A DNA stretch of 54,316 nt from a bacterium (GTDB lineage: Bacteria; CG2-30-53-67; CG2-30-70-394), in assembly GCA_024278555.1 (NCBI GenBank), contig JAJRSX010000203.1:1-54316 (forward strand), given 5' to 3'. Shown here piece after piece: positions 44,385 to 51,898 of the stretch (its first letter is position 1; every line of letters starts with the position of its first letter). The position numbers and the translations under genes are program-made. Below the pieces are notes generated by a model. That model was not told where the DNA came from and searched no databases. It saw only the letters and a list, made by a program, of their open reading frames with translations.

Positions 44385-45629
44385 CTACTCTCTTCCATAG
44401 AGGAGTAGTCCGCGCCGGGCATTTTGGGCGGTATTGAGCTTGGAGGTGGGGATCCACGTCCACGCCTCCAGGAGTCCACGGGTGGCCTGGGCGACGAGCA
44501 GCATCCCTCGGGTCTTGTCGAGATCAAGCAACTTGATGAAGCGCTGGCGGAGCACCACCTTGCCGGTGCCCTTGTGGCGCTCGAAGGTCTGCCACACCTC
44601 GTAGGGGTCGGTGAGGGTCTCTTCCAGGAAGGGGAGGTAGGGGGTGCGGTCCAGCGGCAGGTGGGCGGCGAGGGTCTCGGCGTTGACCAGGGTGGTGTAA
44701 CTCCACCCCTTCGCCTCAAGGGTGAAGGTTCGCTCCTCGCCGCCGAGCTGCTCGCGCAGGCGGGCCGCCGTCTCCGTCTGGGTGGCGGCGGGCCGGATCG
44801 CCTTGGCCTTGGGCTTGTCCAGGGGGATGCGCTCGGGCCGGTGGTGGCTCTGCCGGCTCCCGGGGGTGAGCGGCTCCCAGGCGGCGGCGCCCTGGTGCTG
44901 CCACGCACCCATGGCACGCTCGGAGAGCGGCCGCCCCCAGGCCGCCTCGCCGACGTTGTAGGCCCAGCCGGGGTCGATGCCGTTGGGGATGGTGTGGGTC
45001 CGGCCGGTCTGCCGGTCCTTCCAGCGATAGGTGCCGTCGTCCGGGGCGGTGTCGGGTCCCTGCTTGCCGCTGTTCTTGAGCTGGCGCTCGGAGCGGGCGA
45101 AGGTTCGGCATCGGCACCCCCAGCCGTTCGGGGTCCCGTGGGTCTTCCACCACGGGTCGTCCGCCTTCAGCACCAGGCCGTCCCAGGCGAGGTGCAGCGG
45201 CCGGGGGCGGACCGAGTCGCCGTGGCGGTATTCCCAGTAGGGGTTGCGCTCCAAAAAGGCCGGGTCGGTCATCTGCCGGTAGCGGCCGGCCGCATACGCG
45301 GTGCGCAGGTTGGTCTCGTAGATGGTGCGGGTGCGCCAGGCGCGACCCTTCTTGGAACCCTCCCCGGTCCAGCCGGTCCAGCCCCGGCGGGCGACGGTGG
45401 CCTCGAAGTCGTCGCGGAACTGTTCCAGGGTGGTGCCGTCCGCGATCGCCCCGTCCACCGCCTGGCGGAGGTCGGCCAGGAGATCCTCCTGCATGGCGCC
45501 GGCGACCACGAAGGCGCGGGCGTGCATCCCCTCCCAGAGGTCGGTCCACCGCTCGGTAGGGAGATCGACCTTCTGGCGGAAGAAGGTGATGGCCTCGGGG
45601 AAGGGGAGAGCGCGGTGGTCTACGGCCAT
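44385..45629 (-). CDS. Head morphogenesis protein (Mu gpF / SPP1 gp7 family)
   Basis: 414-aa ORF. ...FFRQKVDLPTERWTDLWEGMHARAFVVAGA...RTRTIYETNLRTAYAAGRYRQM...YWEYRHGDSVRPRPLHLAWDG...NGWGCRCR. Confidence 0.85.
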   Translation of the reverse strand: MAVDHRALPFPEAITFFRQKVDLPTERWTDLWEGMHARAFVVAGAMQEDLLADLRQAVDGAIADGTTLEQFRDDFEATVARRGWTGWTGEGSKKGRAWRTRTIYETNLRTAYAAGRYRQMTDPAFLERNPYWEYRHGDSVRPRPLHLAWDGLVLKADDPWWKTHGTPNGWGCRCRTFARSERQLKNSGKQGPDTAPDDGTYRWKDRQTGRTHTIPNGIDPGWAYNVGEAAWGRPLSERAMGAWQHQGAAAWEPLTPGSRQSHHRPERIPLDKPKAKAIRPAATQTETAARLREQLGGEERTFTLEAKGWSYTTLVNAETLAAHLPLDRTPYLPFLEETLTDPYEVWQTFERHKGTGKVVLRQRFIKLLDLDKTRGMLLVAQATRGLLEAWTWIPTSKLNTAQNARRGLLLYGRE

Positions 45630-45928
45630 GGGCTCGCCGTGTTGGTGGCAGGGGGCGGATCCGCCCCCTCATCCAGGCCCTCTCCCACGAGGGGAGAGGG
45701 CGCTTCTTCCCGGAGCGCCGCCGCGAGCAGCCCGGCATAGACGGCGGCCTTCTCGGCGTCGCGCGCCGCTGCCGCGCCGCCCTCCTTGTAGTTGAGCCGG
45801 CAGAGGTATTTGAGGTTGTTGCCCAGGAGGAAGCCGCGGTACTGCTCGTCGGTGAGCTTGGCGCGCAGGATGTCGAGGGTCTCGATACCGCCGGCGTCGT
45901 AGTAGGCGGCGTTGGGGTCGTGGCTCAT
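45620..45928 (-). CDS. DUF3310-family small phage protein
   Basis: 102-aa ORF overlapping both the portal stop (ATGA) and the gpF start. YYDAGGIETLDILRAKLTDEQYRGFLLGNNLKYLCRLNYKEG...DAEKAAVY is the DUF3310 signature. Confidence 0.65.
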   Translation of the reverse strand: MSHDPNAAYYDAGGIETLDILRAKLTDEQYRGFLLGNNLKYLCRLNYKEGGAAAARDAEKAAVYAGLLAAALREEAPSPLVGEGLDEGADPPPATNTASPWP

Positions 45929-47538
45929 CGGCCCTCCCCCACCTCGAAACGGCCCGCGAGGTCGGCGGCGGTGAAGGCTTGTTGCAAGGTGGCGGCGAGG
46001 TCGGAGACCCCCATCTCCGGGTAGAGGGCGAGCAGCCCGTCGCGGAGCTCGTCCATCGACCGGGCGGTGGCGACCAGGCGGCGGACCGGGGCGAGGAGCC
46101 CATCCATGGCGCTCGCGGCCGCCTCGTCCAATTGGTCGGCGTAGTGGTCGGCGGTGTCGGGGTCGGGATCCCCGGCCCGGAGGGCGGCGCAGTGGGGGCA
46201 GGCTCCCCGGAGGGCCGGATTCATCCGGCCCACGGCGTCCGGCGGGTGGAAACCCGCCCTACGGAGCGCGGCCTGGCCGAACGGCAGTGCCGGCCGCAGC
46301 ACCTCCTCGTCCTCCTGGGGCCTCGGGATGCGGAGCTTGTCGTGGGCGTAGTCGAGGGGGATCTCCATCCCCACCTCCACCAGCTTGGGAATGGCGTCGG
46401 CGTAGAGCTTGAGGTCCTCGGGCTCGCGGGTGTCGAAGCGGAAACGGGGGCCGCGGCCGGGATCGAGGCCGGGCAGGTTAAGGGTGGCCAGGGGCCACAC
46501 CAGGTCGCGGGTGAGGGTGGAGGCGAGTTGCAGGGCGTCGGCCACCAGGAGGTCGTGGCGCACCTCGTTGTGGACGGTACCCAGGGCGTTGGTGCTGGTC
46601 TTGCCGTCGGCCTGGCTGGTGAGCGTGCCGCCGAGGATGGCCTTCGACTGGGTGCGCTCACACCAGTCGATCATCGCCTGGAAGGGGTCGGAGCGGTCGG
46701 CCGCCGCCTCCTTGAAGTCGACCATCATCCCCTCGGGGATGATGCCGGCGGCGTTGTGGCCGAGGTTGACCACGGCGCGGAGCAGGGTGGCCTTTTCCTT
46801 GTCCGAGCTGCCCGGCGGGTAGGTCCCCAGCCGCAGGGGCAGGCCGTAGATCTCCAGGAACTCGGCCAGGTCGCGGACGCTGTAGTTCTTGAACAGGTAG
46901 GGCCAGGCGAGCACCCGGTGGAGGCCGGCGCGGCCCAGGTAGCCACTTTTCGCCTTGTGGATGTGGGTGATCCAGGAGAACGGCCGCAGCGCCTCGGTCT
47001 CCTGGCCCTTCCTGCGCAGGAGCAGCCGGTCGTGGTTTTCCTTGGCGACGGTGAACCAGCGCGGCGGCCGGTGGGTGATGTCCGACGGCACCCACTCGTT
47101 ACCGTCACGACCCCAGGTGATCTCCAGGCAGGAGAACCCCTTGCCGATGGCGTCGGCCATGTCCAGGAGGGTGTCTTCGAAGTTGGACAGGTCGCGGAGC
47201 ACGTCCCCCACCCACTCGGCCGCCGTCTCCTCGGTGGCGGTGGCGCCCCTGGGGGCCACCACCTCCCAGTCCAGCCCGAGGAGTGCCCGGCGGCGTTTGG
47301 ACAGCTCGGCGTAGATGTGGCCGTCCCTCTCCTCCATGTCGTCGAAGAGGTCGCATTGGGCGGTGAGGTCGCCGCGCTCGGCGTCGGTGAGGATGGAGGC
47401 GAGCTTGGCGGGGGTCAGCCCGCGGGCCGGGTGGTCGGCGAACTCCTTGTGGAGGTGGCCGAGCTTCGCGGTCTGGGCGGCTTGCAGGTCGCCGCTCTTC
47501 ACGGGGTGGCCGCGGTGGTCGAGGATCGTTGCCATCAT
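45925..47538 (-). CDS. Portal protein (Mu gp29 / DUF935)
   Basis: ATGATG at 47533-47538 preceded by AGGAGAA, inside track ORF 45925..48018. MMATILDHRG...DHPARGLTPAKLASILTDAERGDLTAQCDLFDDMEERDGHIYAELSKRR. The 160 upstream codons are Pro/Arg-rich junk. Confidence 0.88.
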   Translation of the reverse strand: MMATILDHRGHPVKSGDLQAAQTAKLGHLHKEFADHPARGLTPAKLASILTDAERGDLTAQCDLFDDMEERDGHIYAELSKRRRALLGLDWEVVAPRGATATEETAAEWVGDVLRDLSNFEDTLLDMADAIGKGFSCLEITWGRDGNEWVPSDITHRPPRWFTVAKENHDRLLLRRKGQETEALRPFSWITHIHKAKSGYLGRAGLHRVLAWPYLFKNYSVRDLAEFLEIYGLPLRLGTYPPGSSDKEKATLLRAVVNLGHNAAGIIPEGMMVDFKEAAADRSDPFQAMIDWCERTQSKAILGGTLTSQADGKTSTNALGTVHNEVRHDLLVADALQLASTLTRDLVWPLATLNLPGLDPGRGPRFRFDTREPEDLKLYADAIPKLVEVGMEIPLDYAHDKLRIPRPQEDEEVLRPALPFGQAALRRAGFHPPDAVGRMNPALRGACPHCAALRAGDPDPDTADHYADQLDEAAASAMDGLLAPVRRLVATARSMDELRDGLLALYPEMGVSDLAATLQQAFTAADLAGRFEVGEGR

Positions 47539-47762
47539 TTCTCCTGGGCGGTGTCCCCGGTGACGACGTGACCCCGGAAGAGGAGCGGCGGGCACCAGTG
47601 GAAACAGGGGTCCACCGGCACAAACGAGCGCAGCTCGCCGGAGGGCGCGAGCCACAGGAAGTGGGGGAACCAGCCGTAGTGGGAGCGCCGCACCACCAGG
47701 TAGCCGCCGAGGCGGAACCAGCGGGAGAGCGCCCAGAGCAGGCAGTTGGAGCGGGTCACCAT
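47535..47762 (-). CDS. Small hypothetical protein coupled to the portal gene
   Basis: 75-aa ORF (MVTRSNCLLWALSRWFRLGGYLVVRRSHYGWFPHFLW...) with 4-nt overlap onto the portal start. It sits where a large terminase gene would normally lie but has no terminase features. Confidence 0.5.
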   Translation of the reverse strand: MVTRSNCLLWALSRWFRLGGYLVVRRSHYGWFPHFLWLAPSGELRSFVPVDPCFHWCPPLLFRGHVVTGDTAQEK

Positions 47763-47899
47763 GCGCCGACCTCCTGGGGCAGGAGATCGTCGACGTCGTC
47801 GTCAACGTCGGCCGAGCGGTCCCAGATGGAACCCTTGTCCGGGGCGGCGGTGTACTCGATGGGGGCGGGCCGCATCTCGGAGACGGCGTACTCGGCCAT
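47756..47899 (-). CDS. Possible 47-aa acidic ORF, first gene of the structural operon
   Basis: ATG at 47897-47899. MAEYAVSEMRPAPIEYTAAPDKGSIWDRSADVDDDVDDLLPQEVGAW. The stop overlaps the next ATG (ATGGTGA). No SD and no family recognised. Confidence 0.3.
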   Translation of the reverse strand: MAEYAVSEMRPAPIEYTAAPDKGSIWDRSADVDDDVDDLLPQEVGAW

Positions 47900-47980
47900 G
47901 GCCAGGGCGACCAACGCCGCGCCGTGCTCGCCCGGCTCACCGAGCGTGGCGCCCGCTTCGCCCCCAAGGACGCCCCGCAG

Positions 47981-48187
47981 ATGGTCGCGAGCGACGAGCG
48001 GTGGCCGATGATGCACAAGGTCGAAGCGCTGCTGGCCGAGGCCCACCGGCCGTGGGCCTACGCCCACGCCGTGGCGAAGCACATGTTCAACCGCCCCCGG
48101 GTCGACCACCTCACCCCGCGCGACCTCCACAAGCTCATCGCCGCCCTCATGGCCGACGCCCGCCGCCACGGCCGGAGGGTGCAATGA
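47981..48187 (+). CDS. GemA/Mu gp16 (DUF1018)-like protein, C-terminal half only (probably truncated)
   Basis: ATG at 47981 (AAGGA upstream) in track ORF 47924..48187. KVEALLAEAHRPWAYAHAVAKHMFNRPRVDHLTPRDLHKLIAALMADARRHG resembles only the last roughly 55 residues of the gp16 family as I recall it. The family N-terminal half is missing. Confidence 0.45.
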   Translation: MVASDERWPMMHKVEALLAEAHRPWAYAHAVAKHMFNRPRVDHLTPRDLHKLIAALMADARRHGRRVQ

Positions 48188-48684
48188 GCGGCCCGACCCA
48201 GGCGCAGGAGGTCCCCATCGAGGCGTCCGTGATCCCGCCCGTCGTGCCGGTGGAGATCACCGGCTGGGACGCCGCCGGCCCGCCCCCCACCACCTGTCCG
48301 CGCTGCCACACCTCCGGCCTCCTGCGCTGGGAGCGCCTCGACGACATCGGCCCCTACGCCCTCGCCGCCCGCTGCCTGTGCGGCCACCTCTCCTACCACC
48401 AAGCGGTCGTTCGGGTCGTCCGCCGATCGCCGGACGAAGAGCGAGCCATCGCCAGAAACCGGCGTCTCATCCCCATCGAGCGCTGCGACCTCTGCGGCAC
48501 CGACCGGGCCCGGATCCACGGCCTCTGTGCCCGCTGCGCCTCCCGCGAGCTCAAGCGCGGCACCAAGGACGCCGCCTACACCCCGTGGTACCAGCTCCCC
48601 GCAGCAGACCGCACCGAGACCGAGCGCGCCGCCCGCCTGATCCTCGGTACTCGAAATCACCGGCACCCCGAACCCCGAGGCTAA
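48184..48684 (+). CDS. Cys-rich zinc-ribbon protein, unknown function
   Basis: ATG at 48184 overlaps the previous stop (ATGA). 166 aa with CPRCH...CLCGH and CDLCG...CARC pairs. Confidence 0.55.
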   Translation: MSGPTQAQEVPIEASVIPPVVPVEITGWDAAGPPPTTCPRCHTSGLLRWERLDDIGPYALAARCLCGHLSYHQAVVRVVRRSPDEERAIARNRRLIPIERCDLCGTDRARIHGLCARCASRELKRGTKDAAYTPWYQLPAADRTETERAARLILGTRNHRHPEPRG

Positions 48685-48689
48685 CCCCC

Positions 48690-49124
48690 ATGGCCGAACA
48701 ACCTGACCTCCCCCTGGGCGCCATGGAATGCGACGTCGACGCCCTGCTCGCCCGCCTCGACGACCTCGACGCGGTGGCGCCGGCCGATGCGTGGCCGCAG
48801 ACCCTGGCGGACCTCTTCGACATCCTCACCGACCACTACACCCGCCGCCGCGATCACCCCGAGGCGGACGCCCGGCGCGAGGCCGAGGAGATCGTCATCC
48901 TCCTCGCCCACTGGCTCGGCGGCCGTCCGGTGTATCTGCCCCGCGACGACTCCCTCCGCCGCGCCCTGCGCGACGCGGACATCTACCGCGACTTCGGCCG
49001 GCGCTCCGCCGCCGAGCTCGCCCAGGCCCACCGCCTCACCCCCATGCAGATCTATCACATCATCCAGCGCCAACGGCGGCTCCATCAGGGACGAGTGCAG
49101 CGGGAGCTGTTTCCTGAGGAGTAG
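48690..49124 (+). CDS. Mor/C-family transcriptional activator (Mu middle/late regulator type)
   Basis: 144-aa ORF. ...ILLAHWLGGRPVYLPRDDSLRRALRDADIYRDFGRRSAAELAQAHRLTPMQIYHIIQRQR is the Mor-family core with a C-terminal HTH. Confidence 0.75.
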   Translation: MAEQPDLPLGAMECDVDALLARLDDLDAVAPADAWPQTLADLFDILTDHYTRRRDHPEADARREAEEIVILLAHWLGGRPVYLPRDDSLRRALRDADIYRDFGRRSAAELAQAHRLTPMQIYHIIQRQRRLHQGRVQRELFPEE

Positions 49125-49132
49125 CCGTAGCC

Positions 49133-49381
49133 ATGGCCCTCAACCTCTGGCTGGATAAGCTCCGCAAACAAATGCAGGCCGCCCACGACCGGGCGGAGGC
49201 GCGATACTACTACTTTCCGGACCTGAAGGATCGCGCCGCCCTCGGCAAGTGGCTGAAGAAGTCCGCGGCCCAGCACGAGCGCGAATCGCAAAGGCATCTC
49301 GATCGACTGTCTGAACTAAGAAGAGACATCTCTGACCTCGATTCCCTGATCTACTGGGAACGGCAGAGTAAGCGTCGGTGA
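49133..49381 (+). CDS. Small charged coiled-coil protein, unknown function
   Basis: 82-aa ORF with lower GC than its surroundings. Last ORF before the phage terminus. Confidence 0.45.
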   Translation: MALNLWLDKLRKQMQAAHDRAEARYYYFPDLKDRAALGKWLKKSAAQHERESQRHLDRLSELRRDISDLDSLIYWERQSKRR

Positions 49382-49688
49382 CGCTCCCTCCCCCGTGCCG
49401 GGGTCGGCGCCGCCGCTTTGGGGCGCTCGAAACCCGCATGGAGTCCCGGCTCCCAGCCGTGTCCATCGACAGCAGAACAGACCTGACATGTTGCAAATCT
49501 CGACGCACGCTACACATACCGAACCATTGCAGTCCTCCCCAAAATAGAAGGCCGCACGTCTACGTTGCGCCATGATTGAGCCGGAGGCGAGGCGGCCCCG
49601 TCGGAGAAGGAGGAGATTTGCTCCCTTGCCGCCACCGGCCATAGTGCTCGTGCCCTGGCTGAGCTGTACGGGTGTCATGCAACTGTAG

Positions 49689-49797
49689 CAGCGTACTTTT
49701 CTCCATTGGGGTTGTCGGCCTTTCGCCGCCGGTGCAGTTGCCGTTAAATCAGTGGGTTAGCGAGAAAAGTACGCTCCACCTAGAAAAGTACGCTGCC
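49689..49797. promoter_or_regulatory. Three copies of a 13-nt box AGAAAAGTACGCT (one inverted, two direct): candidate operator or transposase-binding sites
   Basis: AGCGTACTTTTCT at about 49690-49702. AGAAAAGTACGCT at about 49763-49775 and 49782-49794. They lie 310-415 bp from the phage terminus in a 725-bp ORF-poor, lower-GC segment. Confidence 0.4.
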
Positions 49798-50105
49798 GTA
49801 CCATTCGCCCGCCCAAAATCAGCCCCCTCCGAGTCCCCCCTCAATCCATGTGACAGCTAGTTTTTTTCTGTTTGCATAAGGGTTTGAACGCCGGTCACGG
49901 GCAATCTTGCAATAATATGCAAAGCCCCTCCGAAGCCCCTCCGAAGCCCATACCCCCCCAAATCACCGCTGCGTTCGTTGCGACACTCCCCCACGCCCCC
50001 GTCGAGCTCCCCACCCCCTAACCCCTTGCCCCTCAACACCTTTCCCACCAAATCCCACCATCCCCCACCCCATCCCGCCCTTCGCATCCATCCTGACCCC
50101 CCACA

Positions 50106-50110
50106 GCGAC
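50106..50110. repeat. 5-bp target-site duplication, right copy (GCGAC)
   Basis: Follows phage terminus ...ccccccaCA. Identical to 26728-26732. Confidence 0.8.
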
Positions 50111-50289
50111 GGAGCGCCACGGGGTTGCCGTGCACGAGGACGGCGCAAAATCGTGTTGTTTTCTGATGGAGTTCTCTGTGCCCTCTGTGTCTCTGTGGTG
50201 AAAAATCCCTTCCGGGAGCCCTCCACCTCCCGGCCGAGGCGTGGAGCGACGCCGTACTTGGCCTGCATCGCTATTTCCGCTGATCCTCT
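50111..50289 (+). repeat. Right part of the MITE-like repeat copy (D) split by the prophage
   Basis: ggagcgccacggggttgccgtgcacgaggacggcgcaaaatcgtgttgttttctgatggagttctctgtgccctctgtgtctctgtggtg continues exactly where 26732 stops, relative to copy B. It ends with terminal repeat TTTCCGCTGATCCTCT (50274-50289), inverted relative to 26454-26469. Confidence 0.85.
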
Positions 50290-50339
50290 CAGCGGTGGAG
50301 ACTCGGCCGCGGCGACGCGCCGCGGGGCCGTCAGGTTAC

Positions 50340-50428
50340 GGTAGGAACCGGCTCCCGCCGGCGATCCGCGCCGCGAGGCGCGGCAGGCCCTCTGGGCCTG
50401 GTTCGCGAGCGGGAGCTCGCTCCTACCC
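50340..50428. repeat. REP-like long hairpin
   Basis: GGTAGGAACCGGCTCCCGC...GCGGGAGCTCGCTCCTACC: inverted arms about 19 nt long separated by about 50 nt, related to the GGTAGGAG REP family. Confidence 0.6.
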
Positions 50429-50488
50429 TTTCTGTGGGGCGTGTTGGCTTTCATCGACATGTCATTCGGCCCGAAGGGCCGTCCTTCC

Positions 50489-51898
50489 CTATTTCCCTAC
50501 CTCCCTATCTCCGCCCACGTGGGCCGCAATCTGCTCCCCGCTCAACCGGTGCAGCTCCTCCCGCGGCAGGAGCCGCAGGGCGGCCCAGCCGGCGGTCATC
50601 GACTCGGCGAGGGTGCGCGGCCCCTCCTGGGCGACGACCTCGCGCTCGAAATGGTCGCCGAAGCGGAGGTAGGCGCGGTCGACCTCCGAGACCCCCTCCT
50701 CCCCCACCACCGAGGCGAGGACCCGCGCCTGCACCGCGCGGGCGTAGGAGGCGTAGAGCTGGGTGGCGAGGGCCGGGTGGTCCGGGTGGGTGAAGCTGTC
50801 GCCGGTGCCGTCCTTCATCAGCCGCGAGAGCGACGGCAGCACCTTCACCGGCGGGTAGAGGCCACGGCGGGCGAGGTCGCGATCCAGGACGATCTGCCCC
50901 TCGGTGATGTAGCCGGTGAGGTCGGGGATCGGGTGGCTCATGTCGTCGCCGGGCATGGTGAGGATCGGGAGCTGGGTGATCGAGCCGGCCACCCCGCGGA
51001 TCCGGCCGGCGCGCTCGTAGAGGGAGGCGAGATCAGAGTAGAGGTAGCCCGGGTACCCCTTGCGCGCCGGGATCTCCCCGTGGCCGGCGGAGACCTCGCG
51101 CAGGGCCTCGCAGTAGTTGGTCATGTCGGTGAGGATCACCAGGACGTGGCGGTGCTCGGTGAAGGCGAGGTACTCGGCGGCGGTCAGCGCCACCCGCGGC
51201 GCCAGGAGCCGCTGCGCCGGCGGGTCGGAGGCGAGGTTGAGGAAGAGGGTGGTGCGCGCCGCCCCGCCGCTCGCCTCCATCGCCCGCCGGAACCGCTCGG
51301 CGGTGGCGTGGGGGATGCCGATCCCGGCGAAGCAGACGGCGAACCCCTCCCCCTCCCGGTCGTCCCCCGCCGCCGGCAGGCGGGCGTGGCGAAGGAGGTC
51401 GATGGCGATCCGATCGTGGGGCAGGCCGCCGCCGGAGAAGATCGGCAGCTTCTGGCCGCGCACCAGGGAGTCGAGGAGGTCGATGGCAGTGATCCCGGTC
51501 TCGATGAACTCCGACGGCGCCACCCGCGCCACCGGCTTGATCGCCAGGCCGTCCACCCGCCGCGCCTCGACCGCCGCCACCGGCGGGCCGCCGTCGATCG
51601 GCTTCCCCACCCCGTTGAAGGTGCGGCCGACCATCCCCGGCCCCACCGCCAGCTTCAGGGGCTCGCCCATGAGCCTGACCCGGGTGGTCGCCAGGGCGAG
51701 GTTGGTGGTGGACTCCAGGAGCTCGACCACGATCCGCTCCTCGTCCACCGCCGCCACCCGCCCCAGGCGCGTCCGGCCATCGTCGCCCACCACCTCCACC
51801 GCCTCGTTGTAGCCCGCCGCGGCGGTCCGCCGGAGAAAGAGGAGCGGCCCGTCGATCCGCGCCAGGCCACCGGAGAGGACCACCGGCAGCCGGCTCAC
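50489..51898 (-). CDS. atpB: V/A-type ATP synthase subunit B
   Basis: GTG (VSRLPVVLSGGLARIDGPLLFL...) overlaps the atpA stop, inside track ORF 50489..53107. 469 aa. Motifs GRTFNGVGKPIDGGP, GQKLPIFSGGGLPH and ILTMPGDDMSHPIPDLTGYITEGQI. Confidence 0.9.
   Translation of the reverse strand: MSRLPVVLSGGLARIDGPLLFLRRTAAAGYNEAVEVVGDDGRTRLGRVAAVDEERIVVELLESTTNLALATTRVRLMGEPLKLAVGPGMVGRTFNGVGKPIDGGPPVAAVEARRVDGLAIKPVARVAPSEFIETGITAIDLLDSLVRGQKLPIFSGGGLPHDRIAIDLLRHARLPAAGDDREGEGFAVCFAGIGIPHATAERFRRAMEASGGAARTTLFLNLASDPPAQRLLAPRVALTAAEYLAFTEHRHVLVILTDMTNYCEALREVSAGHGEIPARKGYPGYLYSDLASLYERAGRIRGVAGSITQLPILTMPGDDMSHPIPDLTGYITEGQIVLDRDLARRGLYPPVKVLPSLSRLMKDGTGDSFTHPDHPALATQLYASYARAVQARVLASVVGEEGVSEVDRAYLRFGDHFEREVVAQEGPRTLAESMTAGWAALRLLPREELHRLSGEQIAAHVGGDREVGK

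Larger units (their letters stand above)
26733..50105 (-). mobile_element. Mu-type transposable prophage (Mu-like head, P2-like tail), 23,373 bp, lacking transposase, terminase and lysis genes
   Basis: 5'-TG...CA-3' termini, a 5-bp target duplication and imperfect 26-nt terminal inverted repeats (18/26 identical, TGCGAAG at nt 20-26 of both ends). Interior encodes Mu gp29/F/G/I/T/gp36/gp37 homologues, P2 V/W/J/I/H/FI/FII/E/T/U/X/D homologues and a Mor-family activator. Confidence 0.85.

Noticed and set aside
47539-48018. Possibility that the long portal ORF (697 aa) hides a fused terminase or that a terminase lies just upstream.
   Set aside because: The extra 160 residues have no ATPase or nuclease motifs and junk composition. 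The upstream ORFs are 75 and 47 aa and cannot be a large terminase.
49316-49860. Track ORFs 49316..49678(-) and 49672..49860(+) near the phage terminus as a repressor or small regulators.
   Set aside because: They have Cys/Gly-rich odd composition, no SD and no motif. Only the startless frame 49580-49747 shows an HTH-like pattern, and it is reported as a possible relic rather than a gene.
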